64,000 nucleotides of DNA from Octopus sinensis (lineage: Eukaryota). Every line of letters starts with the position of its first letter. The first letter of the stretch is position 1. A model generated the notes under the pieces. The model saw only the letters and a list, made by a program, of their open reading frames with translations, searched no databases and was not told the DNA's origin. The DNA is taken from assembly GCF_006345805.1 (NCBI RefSeq), contig NC_043000.1, positions 20,708,001 through 20,772,000 of the forward strand, written 5' to 3'. A program made the position numbers and the translations under genes. This document shows, piece after piece, positions 62,370 to 64,000 of this stretch.

Positions 62370-64000
62370 GTAAATATAATCTGTTTTCAATTTACATAAT
62401 ATATATATTTTTTATATTTTAGAATATGTTTGAGTCTTATAATTATTCATTTTGTTGTTTGGTTGAAATCTATCATCATCATTTAATGTCCACTTTCCAT
62501 GCTGGCATGGATTGGACGGTTTGACCGAAAACTAATAAGCCAGGAAACTACACCAGTGGATTAGGTTGTATAACATTTATATAAATATTTACTTCCATTT
62601 AGACTAAAAAGCATTGGCTTTGTTAGAAATAGCAGCCAAATCTCCCTCAAATTACACTCTGCCATAATAATGATAATAATGGTTTCAAGTTTTGCCACCA
62701 GGGCAACAATTTTGGGGGAGAAGATGAGTCAATTACATCAACCCCAGTGTTTCACTGATACTTAATTTATTGGTCCCAAAAGGATGTAAGGCAAAATCGA
62801 CCTCAGCAGAATTTGAACTGAGAACATAAAGACAGATGAAATGCCACTAAGGATTTTACCTGGCTTGCTAATGATTCTGCAAATGATAATATTCTGATTT
62901 TGGTAAAAGGCCAGCAACTTTGAGGCGAGGTAACAAATAAATTACATTGACCCCTGTACTTACTTAATTTATCAACCCCAAAAGGATGAAAGGCAAAATT
63001 GACCTTGTCAGAATTTGAACTCAGAATGTAGCAGCAGATGAAATTGGGAGTGGGGGGTAATTCAGTCACATCCATCCCAGTACTTGACTAGTACTTAAGT
63101 TTTTGACTCCAAAAGGATGAAAGACAGTCAACCTCTGTGGAATTTAAACTCAGAACATAGTGACGGGCAAAATACTGCTAAGCATTTCTAAGCATACTAA
63201 AGACTCTGCCAGCTCACCACCTTATTAATAATAATAATAATAATAATAATAAAAATAATAATTGGACAATTTGGCTGAAGACTGGTGAATCAGATGGCAG
63301 CACCAGACTTCAATCTGATCTGGCAGAGTTTCTACAGCTGGATACCTTTCCTAACGCCAACCACACTGAGAGTGTAGTGGGTGCTTTTACGTGCCACTGG
63401 TGCAGGAGCCAGTCAGGCGGTACTGGCAACAGCCACACTCAAATGATGTTTGTTACTTGCCACCCTGCACAGAAGCCAGTCTAATGGCACTGGCAACGAC
63501 CTTGCTTGAATGTTTTTTCACGTGTCACCAGCACAAGTGCCAGTAAGGTGATGCTAGTAACGATCATGCTCGAATGGTGCTTTTTACGTGCCACCAGCAT
63601 GAACAATAATAATCCTTTCTACTATAGGCACAAGGCCTGAAATTGGGAGTTGGGGGTAATTCGATCACATCCATCCCAGGACTTGACTAGTACTTAATTT
63701 ATTGACTCCAAAAGGATGAAAGACAAAGTTGACCTCAGTGGAATTTGAACTCAGAACATAACAACAAACAAAATACCACAAGGCATTTTGTCCAGCATGC
63801 TAACAACTCTGCTACCTGTCCACCTTAGTAATATTAATAATAACAATGTGTTAAATTTACTGTGTCTGAATCTAATCAGATGGGATGGCCATGGCTAGAA
63901 TGTATTTGTTTATTGTTTAACCCCAGATCATTCCTTATGTGAACCAATATAATATCAGATTAACCCAAAATGACAAAAAAAACTGGTCCTGTCATTGTTT

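Overview
Eukaryotic, AT-rich and repeat-dense genomic DNA. It is most likely from an octopus or related cephalopod; this is inferred from the SINE/microsatellite repertoire and is not proven. The whole window lies inside one + strand gene, a reelin (RELN) orthologue. I reconstructed 13 consecutive internal coding exons by hand (256-349 to 62208-62369; 1884 nt, about 627 codons). All have GT-AG boundaries and splice into one open frame covering the N-terminal unique region, the first EGF-like module and two Asp-box/BNR motifs. The ORF track misses almost all of these exons. The introns (0.8-8.6 kb) are filled with several SINE families, 5'-truncated RTE-LINE 3' ends carrying ~60-bp tandem arrays, CR1/Tx1/CRE-like LINE fragments, a Tc1/mariner fossil, MITEs/foldbacks, Helentron-like elements and microsatellites. 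The most unusual signals are a type I hammerhead-ribozyme-like motif with palindromic stem III (2825-2885, minus strand), a second hammerhead-like motif (about 26875-26945), many long hairpins or inverted repeats in the pre-mRNA, and several local rearrangements whose junctions can be read directly. No CRISPR, rRNA or bona fide tRNA gene was found. Repeat family labels A-G are my own, and repeat boundaries are approximate.
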